A stretch of 64,000 nucleotides of DNA from a virus. The position numbers and the translations under genes were made by a program. The notes under the pieces were generated by a model. That model had not been told where the DNA came from and ran no database searches. It worked only from the letters and a program-made list of their open reading frames with translations. Location: positions 30,732-94,731 of IMG/VR virus record IMGVR_UViG_3300037418_003024. The stretch is one strand, 5' to 3'. This document shows positions 18,637-28,374 of this stretch, piece after piece. The stretch's first letter is position 1; every line of letters begins with the position of its first letter.

Positions 18637-19980
18637 TCACTTGTTGAGCACACTTCGTACAGCTTCGGCAATTCGTATCAGATCCTCGTCATCGCAAATC
18701 CTCGAGAGTAAAGCCATCCTCAGGGACTCGGGTTCGTCTTCTGGCAGCGATGGTAGCTTCCTTTCAACTTTCTCCGCGACCTCTCCGACCACGCGTCCCT
18801 TCTTCGCCCGCTTCACTGAGGTGCCAAGCGCTGCGTAGCCGAACGTCGGTCGATTGTCCATTGGGCTGTACATAGCACCCTGGCGGTCGATGTCGGCCTG
18901 CACGAACCGGACATACTTCTGCGTTTGCGTTAGGTCCGTGTGCCCCATGATCTCCATGAGCGCGAACGGCTGTCCACCGGCGCGCAGGAAGTTCACCGCG
19001 AATGTATGCCGGCAGGTATGCGGACTGCACCGCACGCCGGTGATACTCGCGTATCGCTCGATCTCTTTGAAGATTTGCCACAATCCGGAGCGCTTCAATG
19101 CTTGCCCCGCCCCCTTTCCGCGCAGGGCGATAAAGAACGGTTCTTTGGGCTCAGGCTGGGACCGATAGGCAAGAAGCTGGTTCGGCCGCGGCCGTTGGCT
19201 GTCCGATCGCATGTACGCGGCGATCGCATGGGCGGTCTGTCGTCCAAACCTGATCGTTCGCAATTTGCCGCCTTTGCCTTTGACCACCGTGACCCTCCGC
19301 TCTTTGTAGTTGATGTCCCCGAATGTGAGCGCGCATAGCTCCTCGGCCCGCAGTCCAGTGTCTAGGAGGAGGTGAACGATCGCGACATCGCGCCGGGACT
19401 GGCGGCGCTCGAAGTTATTGCCGGTTTCGACCCGGTTACGCAGGGCTAAGAGCATGGCCGTGACCTGGTCGTTACTGAACGGCTGGATCTGGTCGTCACG
19501 GTCATATTTGCCGGGTTTGCGGATTCGCCTTGTGAACGGGGATTCGTCGAGATGGTCTTCCGCGATGAGATATTCGAAAAACGCGTGAAGATTTCGATAG
19601 TAGGTGTCGGCCGTCGCCTTCTTGATCGGCTTGACGGCCGTCGCGCGGGTTGACGCCGACCCCGAATCCGCGACGTCGAATCGTCCGCCCGGGTCCATGT
19701 GTCCGCGCTGAAGGTAGAGGAGGAACTGCTTAATCTCGCTGGTGCCGACGCGCTCGATGCCGTACGTCGTCAGGAACCAGTGGAAGCGAGTGATAATACC
19801 TCGTCGGTTCTCAATGGTGCGCTGTGAGCGCTGGTCGATCTCGTGATCGACGAACCAATTTTCGGCAAGCGGAATAATTTCGGTCGTCAGAACAGACGAT
19901 CGAACAGGAGGAGTTTCCGGCGGCGGCGCGACTGATCGGCGCGTTCCCGAAAACGACGAAGGAAGTACTCTTTTTTTCAT
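18637..19980 (-). CDS. int: Tyrosine recombinase / integrase
   Basis: LLDTGLRAEEL, KGKGGK, HTCRH, MGH, catalytic Tyr in TQKY. Confidence 0.95.
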   Translation of the reverse strand: MKKRVLPSSFSGTRRSVAPPPETPPVRSSVLTTEIIPLAENWFVDHEIDQRSQRTIENRRGIITRFHWFLTTYGIERVGTSEIKQFLLYLQRGHMDPGGRFDVADSGSASTRATAVKPIKKATADTYYRNLHAFFEYLIAEDHLDESPFTRRIRKPGKYDRDDQIQPFSNDQVTAMLLALRNRVETGNNFERRQSRRDVAIVHLLLDTGLRAEELCALTFGDINYKERRVTVVKGKGGKLRTIRFGRQTAHAIAAYMRSDSQRPRPNQLLAYRSQPEPKEPFFIALRGKGAGQALKRSGLWQIFKEIERYASITGVRCSPHTCRHTFAVNFLRAGGQPFALMEIMGHTDLTQTQKYVRFVQADIDRQGAMYSPMDNRPTFGYAALGTSVKRAKKGRVVGEVAEKVERKLPSLPEDEPESLRMALLSRICDDEDLIRIAEAVRSVLNK

Positions 19981-20071
19981 TTTTGCCCCCGATTTGGATA
20001 AAACCAGGGGGCAACCACACTAGGCGATAGTCGTCTAATTCAGATGTAGATCGGCAAATCCACACCTAAAA

Positions 20072-20121
20072 TGGCGGCCTCGGCGCGATTCGAACGCGCG
20101 ACCCCTTCCTTCGGAGGGAAG
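20072..20121 (-). other. attP-like core: 3' half of tRNA-Arg(CCG)
   Basis: Minus strand CTTCC-CTCCGAA-GGAAG GGGTC GCGCG-TTCGAAT-CGCGC CGAGGCC G CCA; matching 5' acceptor strand/D-arm absent; about 90 nt from the integrase start. Confidence 0.88.
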
Positions 20122-20241
20122 TCGTGTAACTCCATCGCGGGATCGACGGTTCCCATCTGAACGAAGCTGTGTGCGGTTACCCCAGAATTGAAAAAGGAAG
20201 TTCTCTATCTTGCATATTTCTGGTCGATGGCGGCGGTAGAC

Positions 20242-20667
20242 TTATGAGTGCCTTCTGAGCCATAGCCGATACAATTCTTCTGCCCACTTGGCGGCCATGT
20301 GCCGAAAATCATTGGGCGCCATTCGCCCATCGTAGAAATATTCGACCGGGTACATGTAGTCCGTGAGGAGTGGGTGCTTCTTTCGGAGGACGTGCTCGGC
20401 GAGCTCGTGGAAGATCCCGGCGGCTTGCTCCCACGGCGACAGCGTCCGGTTGTAGATGATCCTTGGCTCTTCGTCACGGTCATAGCGCAGAAGAGCTCCT
20501 CGACCCTGGGTGTCCGGCTCAAGGGCAACCCCCATGTCGATAGCGAGCCATTTGCATGCTTCAAGGCCGTCGGGCGGATGGCCGCCGTTCCACTTCGACA
20601 ATTCCATGAACGCCATTTCGCCGGCGTCCTGCACGTTTTGAGGCGGCTCTCGTCTGGGCTTGGACAT
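20242..20667 (-). CDS. ImmA/IrrE-family metallopeptidase (anti-repressor)
   Basis: IIYN..LS..EQ...IFHELAEH (HExxH-like); lies between repressor and integrase. Confidence 0.75.
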   Translation of the reverse strand: MSKPRREPPQNVQDAGEMAFMELSKWNGGHPPDGLEACKWLAIDMGVALEPDTQGRGALLRYDRDEEPRIIYNRTLSPWEQAAGIFHELAEHVLRKKHPLLTDYMYPVEYFYDGRMAPNDFRHMAAKWAEELYRLWLRRHS

Positions 20668-20758
20668 GGTAGAAAGTTACCATGTCCGTCCGCTTCATAT
20701 GCAGTAAACGGGCAAGCTCCTTGTCGCAACTTTTGAAGATTCTCAACTCGTGAGAATT

Positions 20759-21256
20759 CTAGAAGTCGTCTGGTAATTCGAGTTCAATGCCCCGTTCAGC
20801 CGCGTCTTCTTCCATCTCTGCTCGGATGCTTCGCTTTATACGTCGGATAGCCGACTCGTCGAGGTGGCCGTATTGAGCCGCAATATCGCGTAGCATCTGT
20901 TCGACATTCGGGCGATACCGAAGTTGCGGATTCACGACGACGTATCCGTCAGGTACAAACCCTGCAGCCTCAAAGATATGCGCCTCAAATATCTTGTAGG
21001 CTTCATCAGCATCAGCATCGGCATCAGCATCGCCAACGAAAAGAGCTCGACAGATTCGTCGAAGCGTTTCAGGCTTCGTATCATCCCCGGCGAGAATCTG
21101 AGTGATGCGAGGCTGACTTACATCCGCGAGTTCTGCTAGGCGCCGAATCGAAATGCCGCGCTTCTGAATCGCTTCGTCGAGCGCAACTGCTAATGGGGTA
21201 GATCGCCTACTCGACTCCTGCTCAGCCATAACTTCTGGCATCAGGAGAGTTAGCAT
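20759..21256 (-). CDS. XRE-family HTH repressor (CI-like)
   Basis: GISIRRLAELADVSQPRITQIL HTH; AGGAGG before ATG 21256; contains a (DA)n hexamer microrepeat. Confidence 0.85.
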   Translation of the reverse strand: MLTLLMPEVMAEQESSRRSTPLAVALDEAIQKRGISIRRLAELADVSQPRITQILAGDDTKPETLRRICRALFVGDADADADADEAYKIFEAHIFEAAGFVPDGYVVVNPQLRYRPNVEQMLRDIAAQYGHLDESAIRRIKRSIRAEMEEDAAERGIELELPDDF

Positions 21257-21321
21257 TAAAGATCCTCCTGATTCCTTCTGACAAATTCTATAAGGAAAAG
21301 TTATCATTATTCAAGCATAAT

Positions 21322-21368
21322 TTTATTTATCAATTGGCTTGACATGGTGATAAAAATAGTTTATTATT
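21322..21368 (+). promoter_or_regulatory. Rightward early promoter/operator 1
   Basis: TTGACA (21339) - 17 nt - TATTAT (21362); TTTATCA upstream and TGATAAA in the spacer. Confidence 0.75.
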
Positions 21369-21374
21369 CCTGGT

Positions 21375-21629
21375 ATGAGTGCTTCCTCTATGACCAAAAA
21401 AGGCCCCGATCTGCGCGACCTCCGTCTCGCCGCAACTGATGAGCGCGGCACACCGTTGAAGCTGTCTCAATACGCGGTCGCCGAACTTCTCGGGTGCGAA
21501 CAACCACGCATCTCGCAAATAGAGAGTGATGGTACGAAGGACATCGATACACTCGAAAAGCTTGCGGCCATTTACGGGGTTTCCCGAGATGTCGTTATAG
21601 AAGCGAATCGCCGTACGAGAGGTATATAA
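21375..21629 (+). CDS. Cro-like HTH protein
   Basis: LSQYAVAELLGCEQPRISQIE; divergent from repressor. Confidence 0.82.
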   Translation: MSASSMTKKGPDLRDLRLAATDERGTPLKLSQYAVAELLGCEQPRISQIESDGTKDIDTLEKLAAIYGVSRDVVIEANRRTRGI

Positions 21630-21633
21630 ATAT

Positions 21634-21686
21634 TTTTTATCAACAGCTTGACATTTGGTTAAGAGTGTGATAAACTTTTCTTATCA
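21634..21686 (+). promoter_or_regulatory. Rightward early promoter/operator 2
   Basis: TTGACA (21648) - 17 nt - TAAACT (21671); same TTTATCA...GTGATAAA elements as promoter 1. Confidence 0.7.
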
Positions 21687-21940
21687 TGAAGCGCAAAGAC
21701 AAAAGTTGTCCGAAAAAAGCCACCAAAGACGAGATCTATCTTGCGCGGGATTGCGGCATCGGGGTGCGATACCTCCGCCAGATCCTGAAATACGGCAATG
21801 CGCCGGTCGCAACGGCGGATCGCCTCTCCCGGCTTACTGGACAACCCATCGAGCGCTTCCTGTATAGACCAGTAACGGGCAACCACACTGCCAAACCCGG
21901 CGCGACTGCGGCAACGGTCGCGCCACACACTTCGAGGTAA
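21686..21940 (+). CDS. Small HTH-like protein
   Basis: LARDCGIGVRYLRQIL...ADRLSRLTG. Confidence 0.6.
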   Translation: MKRKDKSCPKKATKDEIYLARDCGIGVRYLRQILKYGNAPVATADRLSRLTGQPIERFLYRPVTGNHTAKPGATAATVAPHTSR

Positions 21941-21943
21941 CGC

Positions 21944-22108
21944 ATGGAAACGAAGGGCTACTTGAACCTGCAGATTTTCGACGTGACGCGCTCTCAGTGG
22001 CGCAGCATGGCGCGCGTGATCTATTCCGATCGCGCCTCCCGCGACTTGAATAATCGAGCCTGCGAGTTGAAGTCGAAGGGGCATAACGCCCGAGTGGTCC
22101 AGGAGTAG
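21944..22108 (+). CDS. 54-aa hypothetical protein (below ORF-track cutoff)
   Basis: GAGG RBS; METKGYLNLQIFD...VVQE. Confidence 0.5.
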   Translation: METKGYLNLQIFDVTRSQWRSMARVIYSDRASRDLNNRACELKSKGHNARVVQE

Positions 22109-22137
22109 CTTGCTCCATGCGAAAAGGAGACGTAAAT

Positions 22138-22476
22138 ATGCCGGGACCGGCAAAAGGTTCGGAAGGCGCGCAGCGGATCGCGGATGCGCATCGCGGCAGC
22201 CATGAGCACGATAAACACGGAGGTTTTGCCTCCAACACGTCGCTCGCCCAAGAGGCGGGACGCAAAGGCGGCGAGGTCGTCAAGGCGCGATACGGCACGG
22301 AGTTCTACCGCAGTATCGGCAAGGCCGGCGGTGCCAGGGTTTTCCAGGAACGCGGGTCGGCTTATTACGCCGAGATCGGGCGTAAAGGCGTCGAAAGGCG
22401 CGCCGGCAGCCGTCCGCCGAAAGCTGAGGCCGGACCAAAACGGCCGGTGGGGCGTCCTCGGAAGTCGACCTCTTAG
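22138..22476 (+). CDS. KGG-repeat general stress protein
   Basis: EAGRKGG, FYRSIGKAGG, YYAEIGRKG repeats; AAGGAG RBS. Confidence 0.85.
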   Translation: MPGPAKGSEGAQRIADAHRGSHEHDKHGGFASNTSLAQEAGRKGGEVVKARYGTEFYRSIGKAGGARVFQERGSAYYAEIGRKGVERRAGSRPPKAEAGPKRPVGRPRKSTS

Positions 22477-22627
22477 CCATAGCGATTTGACTGCGCACAT
22501 AGAACCTCAGCGTGGTCGATGGCGGGGCCGGTCGATCGGTAGCGAGTGATCCCCAGCCTGATGGATGCTTGCCGAGATCCGATCGACCGGAATTCCGTCG
22601 CCTTTATATTTGAAAGGTCGAATGCGA

Positions 22628-22813
22628 ATGGGAGATACATCAAAGCGTGGATTTGCGTCGATGTCGGAAGCCAAACAGCGCGAGATCGCGAGCAAGGGCG
22701 GCAAGGCGGCGCACAAGAGCGGAAACGCTCACCAGTTCACTCCGGAGGAGGCGCGCGAGGCCGGGCGGCGCGGCGGGGAAGCTCGCAAGGCGAAGGCTAC
22801 TGCCGGTTCGTAA
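22628..22813 (+). CDS. KGG-repeat (YciG/Con-10-like) stress-induced protein
   Basis: RGFASMSEAKQREIASKGGKAAHKSGNAHQFTPEEAREAGRRGG. Confidence 0.9.
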   Translation: MGDTSKRGFASMSEAKQREIASKGGKAAHKSGNAHQFTPEEAREAGRRGGEARKAKATAGS

Positions 22814-22963
22814 GCTTGCTTTGGATGCGGCGGATCGTACAAACGACCCCGCAACTCAGATATCGAGGAGGGCGGCGAGCACTGGAACCTCCTCGGTAAT
22901 CCCGGCAATCGGGCCGGATTGATGATCACAGTACCACCACAACTAAGAAGGAGCGCATAGCGC

Positions 22964-23068
22964 ATGTTCAAGCACGATGATGATCCGGTCGAAGAGACCA
23001 AGTCGGAGCAGGCCGCCGAGAACGAGTCGGAGGCCAAGGGTGAGAGCGCGGAGGAATCCGCGGAGTAG
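22964..23068 (+). CDS. 34-aa highly acidic peptide
   Basis: AAGGAG RBS; MFKHDDDPVEETKSEQAAENESEAKGESAEESAE. Confidence 0.55.
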   Translation: MFKHDDDPVEETKSEQAAENESEAKGESAEESAE

Positions 23069-23153
23069 CCTAGCTCTGTAGTGTACTGGCCGGCGGCAAC
23101 CGAACTAAGCCGCCGGCTATGGAGATCACAGCCATGGATGGAACGCAGTACAA

Positions 23154-23960
23154 GTGGCAAGAGGCCGTGATCAAGGCGGCGAAGGTGACACGCGATCTGC
23201 TTTTTATTCTCGCCGCCGTGTCCACGATCTTACATCACTAAAAACAAGGAGGGGCGGGAAGACCGGGCGAGCCGTTTCAAGCGTTCACTGTCGTTGCAGG
23301 GCGGTGGGAGCAAAGAAAACGGCCCAGATCAGAGATCCGGACCGCCACATTCGAAAAATGATTGGTAACAACAACAGTTTAACGCTGACGAACGGATCTG
23401 TCAAGCCCTGTCCGTGCGATTTCGAGTATCTGTCGGTCGATGAGGCTGAAAAGGCACTCGATATCGCGATCGACAAGTACCAGCAGGCACGGTCGCTTGT
23501 CCGCTCCGGTCGGCGCGACCTCGCTTCGCCGACCATGATGGAAACCTATCGTCTCGACGCTCAGCGTTGCCTAAACGCACTGCGCGAGTCGATGGCCAAC
23601 CTCGATATGGCGCGCCACGGATTCCCGACGGTGCATTCTCAGCTTCTCGCGCAGTTGTCTGATCGTGAGCCGGCCACGGCCATGACGTTTGAGGTTGGCG
23701 TGCCTATCTCAGATCTGGACACTGTGGTCGCCGAGGTTCACGAGCAATTCGTGAGCGGCGAATGGGAATGCGATGGCGTCGAGATCCAGACTGTTCCCTC
23801 GGCACGTGCCTTCACCGTTGCGGCTCTCAACCACATTCTCCGCGACATCGCCAAGTTCCCGCTTCGCCGATTGAACGGCGCGTACCGTGAACCGGGTGCC
23901 TTCGAAGCTGGGGTGGCGGCCGTTCGCCGGCAGAACTCGCAGTCAAGGAAGGCGGCATAG
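23154..23960 (+). CDS. Hypothetical early protein (true start probably near 23358)
   Basis: Long ORF abutting the ATPase gene. Confidence 0.5.
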   Translation: MARGRDQGGEGDTRSAFYSRRRVHDLTSLKTRRGGKTGRAVSSVHCRCRAVGAKKTAQIRDPDRHIRKMIGNNNSLTLTNGSVKPCPCDFEYLSVDEAEKALDIAIDKYQQARSLVRSGRRDLASPTMMETYRLDAQRCLNALRESMANLDMARHGFPTVHSQLLAQLSDREPATAMTFEVGVPISDLDTVVAEVHEQFVSGEWECDGVEIQTVPSARAFTVAALNHILRDIAKFPLRRLNGAYREPGAFEAGVAAVRRQNSQSRKAA

Positions 23961-23962
23961 CC

Positions 23963-25918
23963 ATGTTACTCAAGCGGCTCAGCCTCTCCAATTTCAAAGG
24001 CATCCGATCGTTCGACCTGAACGCAGGTGGCGGATCGGTTTCTATTTTTGCCGACAACGGTGTCGGTAAGTCCTCGCTCATGGACGCTTATCTGTGGTGT
24101 CTGTTCGGCAAGGATGGCCGAGGGCAGGCGAAGTTCGATATCAAGACAATCGTGGGCGGCGAGCCGCTGCACAACGTTAACCACACGGTCGAAGCTGTCC
24201 TTGTTGGGCCGAAGGGCGAATATACGTTCACTCGCACGTATCGCGAGGTCTACACACAGAAGCGCGGTTCGGTGACCGATGAATTCTCCGGCCATACGAC
24301 AGATTACCGCGTGAACGGCGTGCCGGTCGACGAGCGCGCTTATCAGGCTGAGGTTGCCTCAATCTGCCCCGAAGCGACGTTCCGGCTGCTGAGCGACCCC
24401 TTCTATTTCGCCTCGATCCCCTGGCGCGACCGCAGGGCGATGCTGATGAAGGCATTCGCTCCCGACGTTACGGATGACGTCGTAATCGAATCTACCCCCT
24501 CGCTGATCGGACTGCGTGCGGTCCTCGGTCGATACACGGTCGAGCAGTACAAGGAAGTCGCCGCCGCGCAACGCAAGAAGATCAATGATCAGCTTAAAGG
24601 CATCCCGGCGCGCATCGACGAGTTGAACCGCACTCTTCGTGCATCGGCTCCTGCGCCGTCCGACGTCGACATCGACAGCCTTCGCACGGAACTGGATACG
24701 GAACAACGGAAGAGGGCCGAGATCGTCGCCGGCGCCGGCGGAGCGGACATCTCCGTGAAGCTGTCGGAGATCGATGCCGAAATGGTGCGATATGAGTCGA
24801 ACGCGCGCCGGGCCTACGATGAGGCGAACGAAGCTGTTCTCCGTGATCAGCGCGCATTGCGTGTACGTGTCGAGGAGTTACGGGGCAATGTCGCCGTGCT
24901 CGATCGACGAATTGCCAGCGAAAAGGCGGAGAGCGAACGAACGTACGAGCTGCTTCAAAACGTTCGCGATGAGTGGTCGGCACTTGCCAAAGAAGCCTAC
25001 CCGGCAGGTAACGACCTGTGCCCGACGTGCGGCCAAAACCTGCCGGCGGATCGCATTGAGGCCGCGCGGGCTCTATTCAACGAAAACCTCGCCGGCCGCA
25101 AGGCCGACTGCGAAGCCCGTGGCAAGGCGCTGCGGAAGCAGTGCGTCGATTTCGACGCGCGCATTCAGGAGTTGTACTCCGAGTGGACGGCGGTTCAGGA
25201 AGAATTCGCCAAATTACAGGCGGAGATCTCTGCGTTTCCGGCAGTCGCTCTGTTTAGCCTCGACAAAACTGATCCGGGATGGATTGAGCTGGTCGACCGC
25301 AAGAACGCACTCATGGAGGAGCGCACCGCCCTGAAGTCATCCGTTACCGGCAAGGTCGCGGACATCGACGCTCGCATTCGCGACCTGCAACAGCAGATCT
25401 CGGCGGCGGAACGCGCGGCCGAGGCCGGGCGGCAGCGTGCCGAGACCGAGCAGCGCATCAAGCAGTTGCAGGAGGACGAGAAAAATCTCCAGGGTGAGTT
25501 CGAGCTGATCATGTACAACCTCGGGCTCGCGGAACAATTCGATCGCGCCCGGGCATCACTTCTGACCGATCGCGTCAACCAGCATTTTGCCATTGCACGC
25601 TTCCGCCTCTTCACGATGCAGGTCAACGGCGGTTTGGCCGAATGCTGCGACATCGTCGATGATCAGGGCGTTTCTTGGGATGGCGGAATCAATACCGCCA
25701 AGCAGATTAACATCGGTCTTGATATCATCAACACGTTCACGAAGGCGCTGGGCGTCGAACCGATGCCTATCTTCGTGGATCGCGCCGAATCCGTCACGCA
25801 GATAATCGAGACGGATGGTCAACAAATCAGGCTGATTGTGAGTGCCGCCGACAAGGAGTTGCGTGTCGAGGGCGGCACCGGTTCAACAACGACTACGACG
25901 CAAAAGGAACTCTTCTAA
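23963..25918 (+). CDS. SMC/Rad50-like AAA ATPase
   Basis: LSNFKGI, ADNGVGKSS Walker A, coiled coils, CPTCGQ hook, IFVDRAES. Confidence 0.9.
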   Translation: MLLKRLSLSNFKGIRSFDLNAGGGSVSIFADNGVGKSSLMDAYLWCLFGKDGRGQAKFDIKTIVGGEPLHNVNHTVEAVLVGPKGEYTFTRTYREVYTQKRGSVTDEFSGHTTDYRVNGVPVDERAYQAEVASICPEATFRLLSDPFYFASIPWRDRRAMLMKAFAPDVTDDVVIESTPSLIGLRAVLGRYTVEQYKEVAAAQRKKINDQLKGIPARIDELNRTLRASAPAPSDVDIDSLRTELDTEQRKRAEIVAGAGGADISVKLSEIDAEMVRYESNARRAYDEANEAVLRDQRALRVRVEELRGNVAVLDRRIASEKAESERTYELLQNVRDEWSALAKEAYPAGNDLCPTCGQNLPADRIEAARALFNENLAGRKADCEARGKALRKQCVDFDARIQELYSEWTAVQEEFAKLQAEISAFPAVALFSLDKTDPGWIELVDRKNALMEERTALKSSVTGKVADIDARIRDLQQQISAAERAAEAGRQRAETEQRIKQLQEDEKNLQGEFELIMYNLGLAEQFDRARASLLTDRVNQHFAIARFRLFTMQVNGGLAECCDIVDDQGVSWDGGINTAKQINIGLDIINTFTKALGVEPMPIFVDRAESVTQIIETDGQQIRLIVSAADKELRVEGGTGSTTTTTQKELF

Positions 25919-26917
25919 ATGGCAGCAAGCACTGCGGCTCCGGCCGCTTCCAACGAAATAGCGAAACGCAACAACAATGGCGGCAACCAGGTCGTGACCA
26001 CACCGCCGGCGGGGCCGGTGGCTCAGGTGATCAAGGAAGCCAAGATCACGAACCAGGTCCTGACGCAAATCGAGGACCTTTCCCGCAACGGCCAGCTGTG
26101 CCTGCCGGACAATTACAGCCCTGCGAACGCTCTGGCGGCGGCCTACTTGATGTTCCAGGACATCCAGAACAAAGAGAAGAAGCTGATCATGCACAATGGT
26201 CAGCCGACCGGAGTCGTGACCGTACGATCGATGGTCAACGCGCTCATGCACATGGTCAGCCAGGGCATGAACCCGTCGAAGAAACAGTGCTACTTCATCG
26301 TCTACGGCGACCAGCTTACCTATCAGCGCTCCTATTTCGGCGATATGGCGCTTGCCGAACGCGCTATGCCGGGGATTTCGTTCTCCTACGACACGATCAA
26401 TGACGGCGATGAGATCGAGATCGAGAGCGTCCGGAACGCTCGCGGGCTACTCGTCACGACGATCGTTCGGCATAAAAAACCGTTCCCGCGGTCGGAGAAG
26501 GTTATTGGCGCATATTGCGGCGTGGTCGACCGTGACGGTGTCGAACTCGGATACGACGTCTTCGACATGGCACGCATTCAGAAGTCCTGGTCGATGTCGA
26601 AGACGGCGCATTACGACAATTCCACGCATAAGACGTTCACCGGCGAAATGGCGATGCGCACGGTCATCCGGCATCGCTGCAAGGCCATCATCAACGCGAG
26701 CGGCGACGAAATGTTGAAGAAAGCCATCGACCGGGCGGAAAGTGCAGCCATCGAGTCGTCGGTCGCTGCCGAGGCTTCGGAGCGTGCGAACATGGACATC
26801 ATCGACGTCACGCCGCCATCGATGATTGAGGCGCCGACCTACCAGGATGACGACGAAACGCCGGCGGAAGCTGCCGCGACAGCGTCGACTTTGGGTCAGG
26901 TGCAGGCGCCATTCTAA
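25919..26917 (+). CDS. recT: RecT-family single-strand annealing protein
   Basis: QGMNPSKKQCYFIVYG..L.YQRSYFG; EMAMRTVI. Confidence 0.9.
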   Translation: MAASTAAPAASNEIAKRNNNGGNQVVTTPPAGPVAQVIKEAKITNQVLTQIEDLSRNGQLCLPDNYSPANALAAAYLMFQDIQNKEKKLIMHNGQPTGVVTVRSMVNALMHMVSQGMNPSKKQCYFIVYGDQLTYQRSYFGDMALAERAMPGISFSYDTINDGDEIEIESVRNARGLLVTTIVRHKKPFPRSEKVIGAYCGVVDRDGVELGYDVFDMARIQKSWSMSKTAHYDNSTHKTFTGEMAMRTVIRHRCKAIINASGDEMLKKAIDRAESAAIESSVAAEASERANMDIIDVTPPSMIEAPTYQDDDETPAEAAATASTLGQVQAPF

Positions 26918-26925
26918 CGGCATCA

Positions 26926-27663
26926 GTGAGGACTGAACCTAACGTGATCGAGTTTCGCACAATCGCATCGAGTTCCGCCGGATGCTGCTACGTGGTGTCC
27001 GGCGGCGGGATTGAGAAGCCGCTGATGGTCGAATGCGGATTGCCAATCGCTCAGATCCGTGTGGCCCTCGGCTTCCCTTTGTCGTGGCTCGCCGGGTGCC
27101 TTGTCTCCCATTCTCATCAGGACCACTGCAAGGCGGCGAAAGCGCTCACGTCGGCCGGCATCAACATTTTCGCGAGCCGGCCGACAATCGACGCAATCGC
27201 GACCGATCGGCCCTACCGGACGTGCGAGCTCATTCCCGGTGACGAGTGGCAGCAAGTTGGCGAGTGGCAGGTGCTGCCGTTCGAGGTGAACCATGATTGC
27301 CCGGGCACTCTCGGCTTCGTGATTGCCTCAAAGCAGGGAGATAGGCTCCTGTTCATGACGGACACCTGCTACAGCCGGTTCCGGTTCGAGGGCCTGACGA
27401 TGGTCGCGGTGGAGTGTAACCACTCGGAAGAATTGCTACGGTCGAATGTCGATCGTGACGTGATTTCCGGCGATCGATTTCGACGAACGTACAGCACCCA
27501 CTTTTCTATCGAGCGACTCGAGCGGTTTCTGGATGCCTGCGACCTATCGAAGGTGACGAAGATGCATCTTTTGCACCTGTCCGATTCGAACTCGGATGAG
27601 GTCGCCTTCAAGTCGCGCATCGAGCGACGCTACGGCATACCGGTGGAGATCGCAAAACGATGA
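26926..27663 (+). CDS. MBL-fold metallo-hydrolase
   Basis: SSSAGCCY, SHSHQDH, HD, TDT, ECNH, LLHLSD. Confidence 0.9.
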   Translation: MRTEPNVIEFRTIASSSAGCCYVVSGGGIEKPLMVECGLPIAQIRVALGFPLSWLAGCLVSHSHQDHCKAAKALTSAGINIFASRPTIDAIATDRPYRTCELIPGDEWQQVGEWQVLPFEVNHDCPGTLGFVIASKQGDRLLFMTDTCYSRFRFEGLTMVAVECNHSEELLRSNVDRDVISGDRFRRTYSTHFSIERLERFLDACDLSKVTKMHLLHLSDSNSDEVAFKSRIERRYGIPVEIAKR

Positions 27664-27953
27664 GACACGTACATTTCAAGTTCTCGAAAAACGTACGGTC
27701 CGCCGGCTACGACCCAGTCAAGCAGGTGCTCGAGGTTCAATTCCGGCATGGCGGCACGTATCGGTACAGTGATGTGCCTAACGAGATCGGCAACGGGCTT
27801 CTCGCGTCGACCAAGCCGGGCGTCTACCTCGATGAGCACGTCAAGGGCAAGTTCGAATACGCGAAGGCGAATCCGCGGCTGGAGTATGCCGCCGCCGCAT
27901 CGAAAGCCGCGCCGGTTCCCATGGACGGTATCAGGGATGTCTTCGAGGACTAA
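27660..27953 (+). CDS. KTSC domain protein
   Basis: SKNVRSAGYD...LEVQFRHGGTYRYSDVP...KPGVY. Confidence 0.85.
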   Translation: MRHVHFKFSKNVRSAGYDPVKQVLEVQFRHGGTYRYSDVPNEIGNGLLASTKPGVYLDEHVKGKFEYAKANPRLEYAAAASKAAPVPMDGIRDVFED

Positions 27954-27987
27954 CCGGTCCTTCTTATCATACGGACAGGAGGTGGCC

Positions 27988-28374
27988 ATGCAGGCTAACT
28001 ACGCTCTCGCACAGTACGAAACACGCAAGAACCATATGCATCGCTGGTTGGTCGAGAACGCCACGACGGCGGACGGTACCCCGGTCACGTACGACCTACT
28101 GGCACGCATGGAAGTGTCTATAAACCGCCGGCAGCAGCCGACGGAAGCGGACTTCGATCTGCACGCGGAGTACACGCGCCTCCGCCTCTTATACTATCGT
28201 CAGTTCACGTTCAGCTACAAAGAGCCTGCGGCGCCGGAACCGTTCAACATCTTCGCCGCGGCTTGGGCCACCGTCACGCGGCGACCGCTTCGTGTTTTCC
28301 TCGTGCTCTTCTGGCTCGTCGTCGGCATCGCGGTTTACGATGCACTGGGTTTCCTTCTTGGGGCTAATTCTTAG
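27988..28374 (+). CDS. Hypothetical protein with C-terminal TM helix
   Basis: AGGAGG RBS; hydrophobic C-terminus. Confidence 0.55.
   Translation: MQANYALAQYETRKNHMHRWLVENATTADGTPVTYDLLARMEVSINRRQQPTEADFDLHAEYTRLRLLYYRQFTFSYKEPAAPEPFNIFAAAWATVTRRPLRVFLVLFWLVVGIAVYDALGFLLGANS

Noticed and set aside
20072-20150. Functional tRNA-Arg gene
   Set aside because: No 5' acceptor strand (GGCCTCG) or D-arm upstream; only the 3' half is present
21004-21033. CATCAG/CATCGG microrepeat in the repressor as a phase-variation switch
   Set aside because: Hexamer unit preserves frame; it just encodes a (DA)n linker
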